Shown one piece after another: positions 1 to 8,624 of a DNA stretch of 64,000 nt (position 1 is its first letter; each line of letters starts with the position of its first letter). Below the pieces are notes generated by a model. The model did not search any database. It worked only from the letters and a program-made list of their open reading frames with translations, and was not told the origin of the DNA. Source of the stretch: a virus; the IMG/VR virus record IMGVR_UViG_3300008267_000025, positions 1-64,000 of that record, one strand, 5' to 3'. Made by a program: the position numbers and the translations under genes.

Positions 1-119
1 CAGTTTACCCGTGGTAACGGTCATAAAATAGGGTTTTTGAACCTTATGACTTCTGTAATCAAAATCCAATCATTGTCTCACTGGTGGTTGGGCTAAATGT
101 GAGGAAAAAACGGGGAGAT

Positions 120-232
120 AGTCAGTAGAGTACCTTGGTAGGTAAACACAGTAATGGGAAGGATGCCCACGTTAATAAAAACTATTCCGAGCTGTTGAGC
201 TTGGCGAACAGGTTCGAATCCTGTCCTGACTA
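120..232 (+). ncRNA. tRNA-like RNA 1 (no canonical anticodon arm)
   Basis: 5' AGTCAG and 3' ACAGG-TTCGAAT-CCTGT-CCTGACTA; long non-canonical interior. Confidence 0.6.
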
Positions 233-304
233 CTGACAATAACAACTCTGGGGTCAGGGTTTTGTTGGTACCGAAAGGTATGTGTTTTCAACGGTTCGAG
301 TCCG

Positions 305-429
305 AGTCAGGTGGCGGAATTGGTAGACGCTAATAGGGTATGTAACTGGATATAATATACTTTACCTTATTAATACAATCCAGCAGATAGCATCTGAAGT
401 GTATGTGAGTTCAAATCTCACCCTGACTA
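305..429 (+). ncRNA. tRNA-like RNA 2 with pseudoknotted insert
   Basis: AGTCAGG/CCTGACT acceptor, Leu-like D arm TGGCGGAATTGGTAGACGC, T arm GTGAG-TTCAAAT-CTCAC; 125 nt. Confidence 0.75.
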
Positions 430-431
430 CA

Positions 432-654
432 ATAAGTAAGAGGTACTTATAGTGATGGTAACTTGACCTTAACACAAGTTATAGCTGCTGGTTCTTAGGT
501 TTTACAAAAGAACTCATTGGGAATAAGAGAGCAATACCATACTCTCCCCAAGTAATGGTTGACGGGTTTAAATCTGGTAAGACAGTTATTGGTTACTGAA
601 ACAGTGAAGGAAACCAGCTAAAATCTAGTCCTCAAAGTAATCTCATTTGGGGCG
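432..654 (+). ncRNA. unidentified structured RNA spacer
   Basis: stems 432-438/444-450, 459-465/475-481 and long-range 487-493/612-618; no ORF. Confidence 0.5.
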
Positions 655-659
655 AATAT

Positions 660-746
660 AGTCAGGTGGCGGAACTGGTTCGATTCCAGATAGACTGTGG
701 ACAGCGCCGTTGTTGGACATTAGGGGTTCGAATCCCCTCCTGACTA
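660..746 (+). ncRNA. tRNA-like RNA 3
   Basis: same acceptor; T arm AGGGG-TTCGAAT-CCCCT; second T-loop-like hairpin CTGG-TTCGATT-CCAG in the D region. Confidence 0.7.
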
Positions 747-747
747 C

Positions 748-945
748 CGAAGGTTGATAACACCTATAGGAATAAAAGTTATAAGTGTTGGCTTCAATCA
801 CGTATTAGGGAAGTACACTTAAATAAAACAGGCAACGGGGAAAGTGTCGACTCGAGAAACGGCAAGTACCAACGAAACGTGAGACATCAAATCAAACACC
901 TCTACGTGGTGATGTTAGAAACTCAGTAATGAGGCTAAGTTTGAT
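748..945 (+). ncRNA. unidentified structured RNA spacer
   Basis: stems 798-803/877-882, 815-820/842-847, 884-889/910-915; no ORF. Confidence 0.4.
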
Positions 946-950
946 AAAAT

Positions 951-1058
951 AGTCAGGTGGCGGAAATGGTAACGCATACACAGCAAGAGTTCTGCAGACT
1001 CACCCACGAAGAGAGTTGTGTAGTGGTATAAATACAGGTTCGAATCCTGTCCTGGCTA
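951..1058 (+). ncRNA. tRNA-like RNA 4
   Basis: AGTCAGG/CCTGGCT acceptor, D and T arms, extended insert stem TACACAGC/GTTGTGTA. Confidence 0.7.
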
Positions 1059-1073
1059 CTAAAAATAAAAGTT

Positions 1074-1235
1074 ATGAATAAAGAACAAGTATTAGAATTA
1101 CTTAAAATTTTGAACCAAAATGATTGTCTACATTCTGAATGGAAATGGTGGGAAGAAGATGAAAATAATAATTTATTCATTAATGAAGATAATTTATGGG
1201 TTGTAGAATTAATTAATGATATTATAAAAAAATAA
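1074..1235 (+). CDS. hypothetical protein (53 aa)
   Basis: ORF MNKEQVLELLKIL read by hand, below track cutoff. Confidence 0.6.
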   Translation: MNKEQVLELLKILNQNDCLHSEWKWWEEDENNNLFINEDNLWVVELINDIIKK

Positions 1236-1244
1236 ATTGGTTAT

Positions 1245-1369
1245 AGTCAGGTGGCGAAATTGGTAGACGCTAATAGGGTATGTAACTGGATATAATATAC
1301 TTTACCTTATTAATACAATCCAGCAGATAGTATCTGAAGTATATACAGGTTCGAATCCTGTCCTGACTA
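1245..1369 (+). ncRNA. tRNA-like RNA 5 (near-duplicate of RNA 2)
   Basis: insert almost identical to 305-429 but T stem ACAGG/CCTGT. Confidence 0.75.
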
Positions 1370-1393
1370 CAAATAATTAAAAAATAAATAACT

Positions 1394-1591
1394 ATGGGAA
1401 AAAAATTAGTATGGTTTGAAAAATTTACAACAATATGTAAATACACCACAGAAATTAGTGATGAAGAAGCTGAATTATTTAATGAAGATGAACAAAGATT
1501 TTATGATGAAGTGGATTATCAAAGTAATCAAGATTTAGAATGGGATTCCATTGAAGATGAAGAAACATATGATTTTTCGATAGAAGACTAA
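1394..1591 (+). CDS. acidic hypothetical protein
   Basis: ORF track; D/E rich. Confidence 0.65.
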   Translation: MGKKLVWFEKFTTICKYTTEISDEEAELFNEDEQRFYDEVDYQSNQDLEWDSIEDEETYDFSIED

Positions 1592-1654
1592 AAATAAATT
1601 TTGAAATAAGAAAAAGATTATGTATCTTTGTTATAGGAAACATAGAAATATAAT

Positions 1655-1763
1655 AAACAGACGGCGAAATGGTTGACGCATCACACTCTAACAATTTAGG
1701 AAGAAGCTGTTCCGCTAATAATTGTTAACTGTGACAATGTAGGTTCGATTCCTATTCTGACAA
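1655..1763 (+). ncRNA. degenerate tRNA-like RNA 6
   Basis: D arm GGCGAAATGGTTGACGC, T arm GTAGG-TTCGATT-CCTAT, partial acceptor, long insert stem; TATCTTTG promoter box at 1623. Confidence 0.55.
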
Positions 1764-1764
1764 T

Positions 1765-1794
1765 AATTGGGGGTTTATACCCCCAATTTTTTTT
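1765..1794 (+). terminator. intrinsic terminator
   Basis: AATTGGGGGT-TTAT-ACCCCCAATT followed by a T run. Confidence 0.85.
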
Positions 1795-1828
1795 AATGCT
1801 TGATGGTATTTATATATAAAAATATTAT

Positions 1829-2491
1829 ATGAAAACTATCAAACAAATTGAATTCCCTGTTAATCAATACTACCAAGAAGAGCATAAAAAAGTTCAAATA
1901 TATTTACATCATACCGCTGGTAATAGTAATGCTGTAGCAACTTTTAAAGGTTGGGAAAATAATCCTGAAAGAATTGCAACATGTGTTTCAATTGCTGGTA
2001 AACCTGATAAAACAAAATCTTGGGAAGATGGTCAAATTGTTCAAGGATTCTCAAGTAAATTTTGGGCATACCATTTGGGTTTAAAAGAGTCTACATTCAC
2101 TAAATTCAATTTACCGTATAAATCATTAGATAAAATATCGATAGGTATTGAAATTTGTAACTTTGGTCAATTAACCTATAAAGAAGGTAAATATTATACT
2201 TACGTTAACTCACCGATACCTGTTGAAGATGTTATTGAATTAAAAGATAAGTTTAGAGGTTATAAATTTTTCCACGCTTATACTGATGCACAAATAGAAT
2301 CTGTACGTCAATTATTGATTTTATGGAAAGAAAGATATAATATACCTTTAACATACAATGAAGATATTTGGGATGTTTGTCCAAGAGCATTAAAAGGTGA
2401 ATCAGGTGTTTTTACACATAACTCAGTTAGATTTGATAAGATTGATATCACACCACAACCAAAAATGATTGAAATGTTAAAATCATTATAA
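1829..2491 (+). CDS. N-acetylmuramoyl-L-alanine amidase (Amidase_2, endolysin-like)
   Basis: IYLHHTAG, SIGIEICNFG, YTDAQIES, THNSV..DKID motifs. Confidence 0.85.
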   Translation: MKTIKQIEFPVNQYYQEEHKKVQIYLHHTAGNSNAVATFKGWENNPERIATCVSIAGKPDKTKSWEDGQIVQGFSSKFWAYHLGLKESTFTKFNLPYKSLDKISIGIEICNFGQLTYKEGKYYTYVNSPIPVEDVIELKDKFRGYKFFHAYTDAQIESVRQLLILWKERYNIPLTYNEDIWDVCPRALKGESGVFTHNSVRFDKIDITPQPKMIEMLKSL

Positions 2492-2492
2492 T

Positions 2493-3053
2493 ATGAATTT
2501 ACAAGAACACATAAGAAAAATATTAAAGGAAATTAGGATTGACCCATCAACTGTTGATTCTGAATTGGGATTATTCATTAAGAATAATAATTTTACGTTA
2601 TATAACCCTATTGAGGATAAAGTATATGGATATATTGGGGTAACTAAATTAAGTAGTGGTAATTATTATGTTTCTGGTGTTGCCGCGGAATATGGTTATG
2701 GACCACTAATGTACGAACTTGTTATGACATACGTACATCCCAAAGGATTATTACCAACAAGAGATGGTGATGTTAGGGGTGGTGCAATTAATATATGGAA
2801 TAGATTTTTGAAGAGAAAAGATGTTAAAAAGAAATCGTTAACCAAAAAAGATTCTGATTTTTCTTGGGAGGTATATGAAGATTTTGGTAATGACCCAGGA
2901 ATTAAATTCATTCAGACAATATATTATTATGATGGTATTAATGATGTTTTAGATAGACTTTTAAAGTCAGGTAAACGATACTTATCCGATGGATTGGATA
3001 TTAATGTTGTGGATGAAATGGGAGATGAGTATTGGTTATCCAAATACGATTAG
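2493..3053 (+). CDS. leader-bearing GNAT-like protein
   Basis: MNLQEHIRKILKE leader; GYGPLMYEL...AINIWNRF. Confidence 0.5.
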   Translation: MNLQEHIRKILKEIRIDPSTVDSELGLFIKNNNFTLYNPIEDKVYGYIGVTKLSSGNYYVSGVAAEYGYGPLMYELVMTYVHPKGLLPTRDGDVRGGAINIWNRFLKRKDVKKKSLTKKDSDFSWEVYEDFGNDPGIKFIQTIYYYDGINDVLDRLLKSGKRYLSDGLDINVVDEMGDEYWLSKYD

Positions 3054-3082
3054 TAGTAAAATTTTTAGTTATATTTATTGAT

Positions 3083-3520
3083 ATGAAAAATTTGATAAGA
3101 AAAATATTAAAGGAAGAAATTAGTAAGACCGTCTACACTAATAAAAATGTTAATGTAGGTGATGTCTATGAAGAGTCTGACATATATGAATATATACAAA
3201 AATTACATTATAAAAGGGAAGAGGATTTTTGGGACGGTGATTTAGGTGAAAGAATTGAGAAATTTTCTCATTATGTAGTTAAAGAAATATTGGTTGATGA
3301 TATTAATCTAGAAGAATATCATTTAGATACTGATGATATGGAAGAATATATTGAAAAATATAATGAATTAAATAGTTATCCACCGATTGTTTTGGGTAAA
3401 AAAGAATACGGTCTTTATAATGTTATTGACGGTACACACAGAGGTAACGCCTTAAAAGAATTGGGTTTTAATAAAATAGTATGTTTTGTTGGAGTTAACA
3501 AAAAACAAAAACGTGTATAA
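3083..3520 (+). CDS. ParB/sulfiredoxin N-terminal-like domain protein
   Basis: YPPIVL...VIDGTHR motif; start reassigned to MKNLIRKILKEE after TATTTAT. Confidence 0.7.
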   Translation: MKNLIRKILKEEISKTVYTNKNVNVGDVYEESDIYEYIQKLHYKREEDFWDGDLGERIEKFSHYVVKEILVDDINLEEYHLDTDDMEEYIEKYNELNSYPPIVLGKKEYGLYNVIDGTHRGNALKELGFNKIVCFVGVNKKQKRV

Positions 3521-3547
3521 CACAAATATTTTTATTATATTTTAAAT

Positions 3548-4570
3548 ATGAAATATTTGTGTTATATAACCATATTAATGTTATCACTTACCAAACTAAG
3601 TGTTTCTCAGGTGACTACGATTTATAGTGAGGATTTCTCCAATGACTATAAAAAGGGCGCTACATCTTATTTATCAGTATCAGCATCACAACCTACTGAT
3701 GGTAATTGGAGTTACACTGTTGTTGGTACACCTGATTGTGATGGTGGTTCAGCGGCTAGTTGGGATGATGTAGCATGGTTCGATGGAGCTTCAGTAATAC
3801 CAAGTACAGCACTCGCTTTTAGATGGAATGATGTTAATAATGGTAGTACAACTAATAGGGTTGATTGGTATTCTAAGGTAGTTACTGGTTCATATAATAC
3901 AATAACTATATCAGTACCATATGCTATCGGTAATGGTAGTAGTACTAATTCAATCTATTGTTATTACATTGTAGATGGAGGAACACCTACATTATTTGGC
4001 TCAAGTGTTAATCAATCAACTGCAAGTGGTACTTTATCTGTATCAAGTTTAACATGTAGTACATCAATACAAATTTATGTTAAAGTTATAACTCGTGATG
4101 CTAATACATCTTATGTTTATATAGATAATGTTTCTATTACCGCTATATCAACATCACCACTACCAATTGAGTTAACTTACTTTAAAGTTACAGAAATGTT
4201 TAATTCCAACTTAATTGAATGGGAGACTGCAACAGAAATTAACAATGATTACTTTAGTTTGTATAGAAGTAATAATGGTAAAGATTGGGTTGAAATAACA
4301 AAAATTAATGGTAATGATTCATCACCGTATAAACATTATTACCAGTATGTTGATAAGTCATTTAATGAGGGTATCAACTACTATTATTTAAGACAGGTTG
4401 ATAATGATGGGCATTATAAAGATTATAAAATTATTGATGTATTCAACAGTAATTTTAATAAAAAAATAATACGTATCACAAATATATTAGGTCAGGATGT
4501 TGATATAGAATCTAAAGGTATGAGATATATTCACTATTCAAACGGTTTAATTTTAAAATCGTTAAATTAA
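3548..4570 (+). CDS. secreted protein resembling Bacteroidota T9SS substrates
   Basis: signal peptide; PLPIELTYF...WETATEINNDYF..YRS.NG domain; degenerate CTD NILGQ. Confidence 0.7.
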   Translation: MKYLCYITILMLSLTKLSVSQVTTIYSEDFSNDYKKGATSYLSVSASQPTDGNWSYTVVGTPDCDGGSAASWDDVAWFDGASVIPSTALAFRWNDVNNGSTTNRVDWYSKVVTGSYNTITISVPYAIGNGSSTNSIYCYYIVDGGTPTLFGSSVNQSTASGTLSVSSLTCSTSIQIYVKVITRDANTSYVYIDNVSITAISTSPLPIELTYFKVTEMFNSNLIEWETATEINNDYFSLYRSNNGKDWVEITKINGNDSSPYKHYYQYVDKSFNEGINYYYLRQVDNDGHYKDYKIIDVFNSNFNKKIIRITNILGQDVDIESKGMRYIHYSNGLILKSLN

Positions 4571-4593
4571 TATTTATATATAAAGTAAAAACT

Positions 4594-4938
4594 ATGAGTG
4601 AAGATATACGCAAAATGATTGATAAAGTTAATAAATTTAAACAATTTATTAACGAAAACAACGATACAACACAATATATAAATATTGATGACATTAAAAC
4701 AGAAAAAGAAATGATACCTGTTGACACCCAAAATGTTAATGATATTATTTCAGCATCAAGAAGTGGTAAAATGCCATTAGATAAACTGCGAGTTATGACT
4801 ATGGTTGATAAATTAAATAATGGTGGAACATTACCACCAGTTAAAATAAATGATGATAATATGTTGATTGATGGACACCACAGGTATATGGCGTATAAAT
4901 TAGCCAACATTAATAAAATACCTTTTATGCGTGGATAA
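4594..4938 (+). CDS. ParB/sulfiredoxin N-terminal-like domain protein
   Basis: LPPVKI...LIDGHHRY motif; leader ending FINE. Confidence 0.7.
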   Translation: MSEDIRKMIDKVNKFKQFINENNDTTQYINIDDIKTEKEMIPVDTQNVNDIISASRSGKMPLDKLRVMTMVDKLNNGGTLPPVKINDDNMLIDGHHRYMAYKLANINKIPFMRG

Positions 4939-4940
4939 AT

Positions 4941-5068
4941 TTTTAAAATTTTCAACCGAAATGTTGATTAGAAGTAGAAATGGAACACTTACACATAACT
5001 ATTATATATAAGCAAGTATAGTCTAACCTATTTAAAATCAACACTTTGAATCAAAAAATTATAAGATT
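4941..5068. repeat. intergenic repeat, empty allele of cassette site
   Basis: matches 10543-10600 plus 10885-10953, joined at TTACACATAAC. Confidence 0.85.
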
Positions 5069-5098
5069 TGTTTAATTCAAAAAACATTCTTATATTTG
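5067..5098 (+). promoter_or_regulatory. Bacteroidota primary-sigma promoter (-33 TTTG / -7 TAnnTTTG)
   Basis: TTTG 5067-5070, 20-nt spacer, TATATTTG 5091-5098, then ATG after a 4-nt gap. Confidence 0.75.
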
Positions 5099-5102
5099 TT
5101 TT

Positions 5103-5780
5103 ATGAAAATATGGCACATATCTGACACACACACTTTTCACAATTTATTAGAGATACCTGAAAATATTGATATGGTTATTCACAGTGGTGATGCTACCAA
5201 TCCAAAAGAACCTTATTCTAATAAAGTTGAAATGGAAAACTTTATTTCTTGGTTTAGTCAATTACCCATCAAATATAAAGTATTTGTGGCTGGTAACCAC
5301 GATGTTTCAATTGAAAAGAAATTAATAACACAATTAGATTTTAATTCAAAAGGAATAATTTATTTAGAGAATAGTTTTATCGAAATCGAAGGACTTAAAA
5401 TATGGGGTTCTCCTATTACACCAACATTCGGTATTGGATGGGCATTTAATAAAAACCGAGCTAAAACTCACGAAGTTTGGAAACAAATTCCTGATGATAC
5501 AGATATCGTTGTTGTTCACGGACCACCAAAAGGTATGTTAGATTTATCATATAATAGAGAAAATGAACTAGAGCTTTGCGGTGATAATTCTTTGACGAAA
5601 AGAATGTTAGACTTAAAACCAAAATTATGTTTATTTGGTCACATTCATAATTTTAAAGATATCATAAATGCTGGTACCAAAAAGTTATCTATTATGGATA
5701 CAATATTCAGTAATGGTAGTGTGGTTACTGATGGTAAGTTTGGTAAATTAAGTAGTAACGGAAATATTTTTGATTTATAA
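5103..5780 (+). CDS. calcineurin-like metallophosphoesterase
   Basis: SDTH, HSGD, AGNHD, HGPP, FGHIH. Confidence 0.9.
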   Translation: MKIWHISDTHTFHNLLEIPENIDMVIHSGDATNPKEPYSNKVEMENFISWFSQLPIKYKVFVAGNHDVSIEKKLITQLDFNSKGIIYLENSFIEIEGLKIWGSPITPTFGIGWAFNKNRAKTHEVWKQIPDDTDIVVVHGPPKGMLDLSYNRENELELCGDNSLTKRMLDLKPKLCLFGHIHNFKDIINAGTKKLSIMDTIFSNGSVVTDGKFGKLSSNGNIFDL

Positions 5781-5833
5781 TTAAATTATCTAAAATAAAT
5801 TCACTATATTTGTTTTAGATAAAAATATAAATT

Positions 5834-6049
5834 ATGACAACTCAAGAAATCAAATCGAAAGGTCTAAAGTGGGCTACAGGAAATGGGTGTGAAATGTATG
5901 TAGTTGTGAAAACAGATGAATACCAATGGTGGATGTTAAGTGAAAAAACAGGTAAACACATGGTAAGTAATAAAGGTAAATACTGTAGGGTTTATGCGGA
6001 TGAGAGAGTGTTAACACATTGGGATGGATTTAAAAAAAACCAAAAATAG
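5834..6049 (+). CDS. hypothetical protein
   Basis: ORF track with upstream TATATTTG. Confidence 0.7.
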   Translation: MTTQEIKSKGLKWATGNGCEMYVVVKTDEYQWWMLSEKTGKHMVSNKGKYCRVYADERVLTHWDGFKKNQK

Positions 6050-6328
6050 ATGAAAAAAACAACTAATAAAAAAGAAAAAATAAAAGAATTAGATATTCTT
6101 AACTTTGAAGGTCCTGTTTTAAAACTATTTAAATCATCTGACGATGAGTTTGTTATTTATGACCAATGGGATTCAATTGTTGATACATTAACATTCGATG
6201 AGGTATGTTCGTTCTTAGATGGTGATATTTTGTTAACGGATTCTGAAGGAAAAACTTGGAATTGGGCTAGTGAACATTACTTATCCAAACCAAAAATGAA
6301 GAATTTGATTAGGTATTTAACTAAATAG
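6050..6328 (+). CDS. hypothetical protein
   Basis: ORF track, abuts previous gene. Confidence 0.7.
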   Translation: MKKTTNKKEKIKELDILNFEGPVLKLFKSSDDEFVIYDQWDSIVDTLTFDEVCSFLDGDILLTDSEGKTWNWASEHYLSKPKMKNLIRYLTK

Positions 6329-6392
6329 GTTTTTATATATAAAATTATTTTAATTTTTTGGTATCATAAGTAAATATTATTATATTTGTAAT

Positions 6393-6542
6393 ATGGAAAA
6401 TTGGTTATTAAATTGGTCGTCTTGGATTATCAGGAATACACACGTAGAGATTGATGGTCTAACTTATGATGATGGACCTGAATGGTTTGAAAAAATGTTT
6501 GAATGTTGGAAAAAGAATTCTGATTATGGAAAAACCATTTAA
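6393..6542 (+). CDS. hypothetical protein (49 aa)
   Basis: MENWLLNWSSW after TATATTTG plus 4 nt. Confidence 0.6.
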   Translation: MENWLLNWSSWIIRNTHVEIDGLTYDDGPEWFEKMFECWKKNSDYGKTI

Positions 6543-6789
6543 AATTAAAACCTTAAAGGAAAGATATGTTGAGATGATGTCAAACAAAATATCCGTTAGT
6601 ATTGAAGATTTAACGGATAATGAGATGTCCATTATTGAATATAGTTATACAATATTCTCAGAAAAATTGGAAGACATTAAAATCCTTGAAGATGAGAATA
6701 GAAGAATATCAGTTGAACTCTCCAATCTAAAATCATATGTCGATGATTTGGATAATGATAGGTTTAAAAATAATAATATAGAAAATTAA
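6526..6789 (+). CDS. coiled-coil hypothetical protein
   Basis: track ORF 6466; start moved to MEKPF. Confidence 0.6.
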   Translation: MEKPFKIKTLKERYVEMMSNKISVSIEDLTDNEMSIIEYSYTIFSEKLEDIKILEDENRRISVELSNLKSYVDDLDNDRFKNNNIEN

Positions 6790-6806
6790 TTTCGTATATT
6801 TGTATT

Positions 6807-7307
6807 ATGAAAACTAATAAGATATTGTTCTTGGACCATGACGGAGTAATTTGCTTGTCAACAGAATGGGGTTCACGTTTTAAAAACAAAGAAGGTTTTG
6901 ATTCATTGTTTGACCGATTCAATGATAAAGCAATCAAAGTGTTAAATGAAATTATTAAAGAAACAGATTGTGAAATTGTGGTTAGTTCTGATTGGAGATA
7001 TCATTGTACATTGGAACAGATGCAAGAACTATATAAAATTCGTGGAATTAAAAAATCACCAATCGATTATACTCGTAACGATTTGGATAGGGAATTATTA
7101 AAAGATATTCATCCTGATAAAAAGTTAGAAATGACTCGTTGTTTTGAGATACAGGATTGGTTAAAGGAACATCCTGAAGTTACACACTGGGTTGCAATTG
7201 ATGATATGGATTTAAGTTATTTAAGTAACTTTGTTCAAACACCTCGAAGTAAAGAAGGTATTAAACAATGTGGAATTAAACATAATGTATTAAAGTTTTT
7301 GTTGTGA
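6807..7307 (+). CDS. HAD phosphatase (Swiss-army-knife RNA repair type)
   Basis: LFLDHDGV, VVSSDWR, WVAIDD. Confidence 0.8.
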   Translation: MKTNKILFLDHDGVICLSTEWGSRFKNKEGFDSLFDRFNDKAIKVLNEIIKETDCEIVVSSDWRYHCTLEQMQELYKIRGIKKSPIDYTRNDLDRELLKDIHPDKKLEMTRCFEIQDWLKEHPEVTHWVAIDDMDLSYLSNFVQTPRSKEGIKQCGIKHNVLKFLL

Positions 7308-7338
7308 TATTTTTCTATAAAATAGAGTTTGAACCTTT

Positions 7339-7872
7339 TTATAAAGGTTCAAATCCTTTTTCAGCATAAGAACGTATTAATTCATTAGTTTTTCTATCAG
7401 GATTAGTGATATTAATATAATTAACAACATTTTCATCTTTAAAATTAGATATAAAATTACTATTTAATAATTTCCTTACAGGTATACTTAATCTTTTTTT
7501 GTGGGTTGAATAATCCCACCCACCTTTTATACGTTTAACATCCAAATCAATTAAGTTATTTTTAAATAACCAATAAGGTATTTTAATATATTTAAAACCT
7601 TCTTTTCCTTCAACATCTGATAATATTTCAACCTGTGATTTAGGTAATTTAACTCTATGTATTGTTATATCGTAAGCGTGAGCATTATCAAGAAATATGT
7701 TACCCATAATTTCTTTTATATTTAAAACCGTAATAGTTTTATCATCTTCACCAACTATCATATAAGGACCAACAATTGATTTTGTTTCAGGTATATAAAC
7801 AGTTTTATCAAAATCAAAAGAATTAGTATTTTCAATTTCTTCTTTTAGTATTCTACGTATTAAATTTTTCAT
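7339..7872 (-). CDS. leader-bearing hypothetical protein
   Basis: MKNLIRRILKEE; TATTTATA upstream on the minus strand. Confidence 0.75.
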   Translation of the reverse strand: MKNLIRRILKEEIENTNSFDFDKTVYIPETKSIVGPYMIVGEDDKTITVLNIKEIMGNIFLDNAHAYDITIHRVKLPKSQVEILSDVEGKEGFKYIKIPYWLFKNNLIDLDVKRIKGGWDYSTHKKRLSIPVRKLLNSNFISNFKDENVVNYINITNPDRKTNELIRSYAEKGFEPL

Positions 7873-7998
7873 ATTATATATAAATATAACATAATTTATA
7901 AGATTACCTCATTTATGGACGATTTTCAGATTATCAAATAAATAATATTTTATTTTGTATTTTAATTTATTTTACGTACATTTACATAAAATAATAAT

Positions 7999-8211
7999 AT
8001 GAAAAAATTAATTTATATAATACTATCTTTGTTATTAATTAGTTGTTCAGAACCTAATGTACCCAAAACATCAACACAATATAATATAATAAAAAATTAT
8101 AACCCATTAGATTTAGTAATAATAGATAGTTGTGAATATCTTTTTGGAGAGTGGGGTAATGCTACTGTATTAACTCATAAAGGTAATTGTAAAAATCATA
8201 AAAATAAGTAA
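7999..8211 (+). CDS. small lipoprotein
   Basis: MKKLIYIILSLLLISC lipobox-like signal. Confidence 0.65.
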   Translation: MKKLIYIILSLLLISCSEPNVPKTSTQYNIIKNYNPLDLVIIDSCEYLFGEWGNATVLTHKGNCKNHKNK

Positions 8212-8212
8212 T

Positions 8213-8620
8213 ATGAAAAAAGGTACTTTATTATGGTTAGATGATATCCGTAATCCATTAGAAGATAATTGGTTGGTATTCAGTCCTATCACTCCAACTG
8301 AAATAGTTTGGGTTAAGTCTTATGATGAGTTTACTAATTGGATTACAGAAAATGGATTACCTGAAGCTATTTGTTTTGACCATGATTTAGGAATGGAGGT
8401 GGCGGTTAATGCTCGTTCAAAAGGAATGTCAAAACGTAAGTCAAGAGAATTAAAGAAGTTGGAGAAGACCGGTTATGATTGTGCTAAATGGCTTATTGAT
8501 TATTGTTTAGATAGAGATGACCATCCATTACCTTTATATAACATACAATCAGCTAATCCTGTTGGGAAAGAAAATATAGATGGTTGTTTAAAACATTATA
8601 ATAGACATATAAACTCTTAG
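8213..8620 (+). CDS. cyclic-phosphate-processing receiver-domain protein
   Basis: LWLDDIR, FDHDLG, TGYDCAKWL, SANPVG. Confidence 0.8.
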   Translation: MKKGTLLWLDDIRNPLEDNWLVFSPITPTEIVWVKSYDEFTNWITENGLPEAICFDHDLGMEVAVNARSKGMSKRKSRELKKLEKTGYDCAKWLIDYCLDRDDHPLPLYNIQSANPVGKENIDGCLKHYNRHINS

Positions 8621-8624
8621 GATT

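Noticed and set aside
953-1180. Track ORFs overlapping RNA genes (953-1180, 24181-24450, 24187-24396)
   Set aside because: They overlap tRNA or tRNA-like elements and better-supported ORFs, with no recognisable protein motifs.
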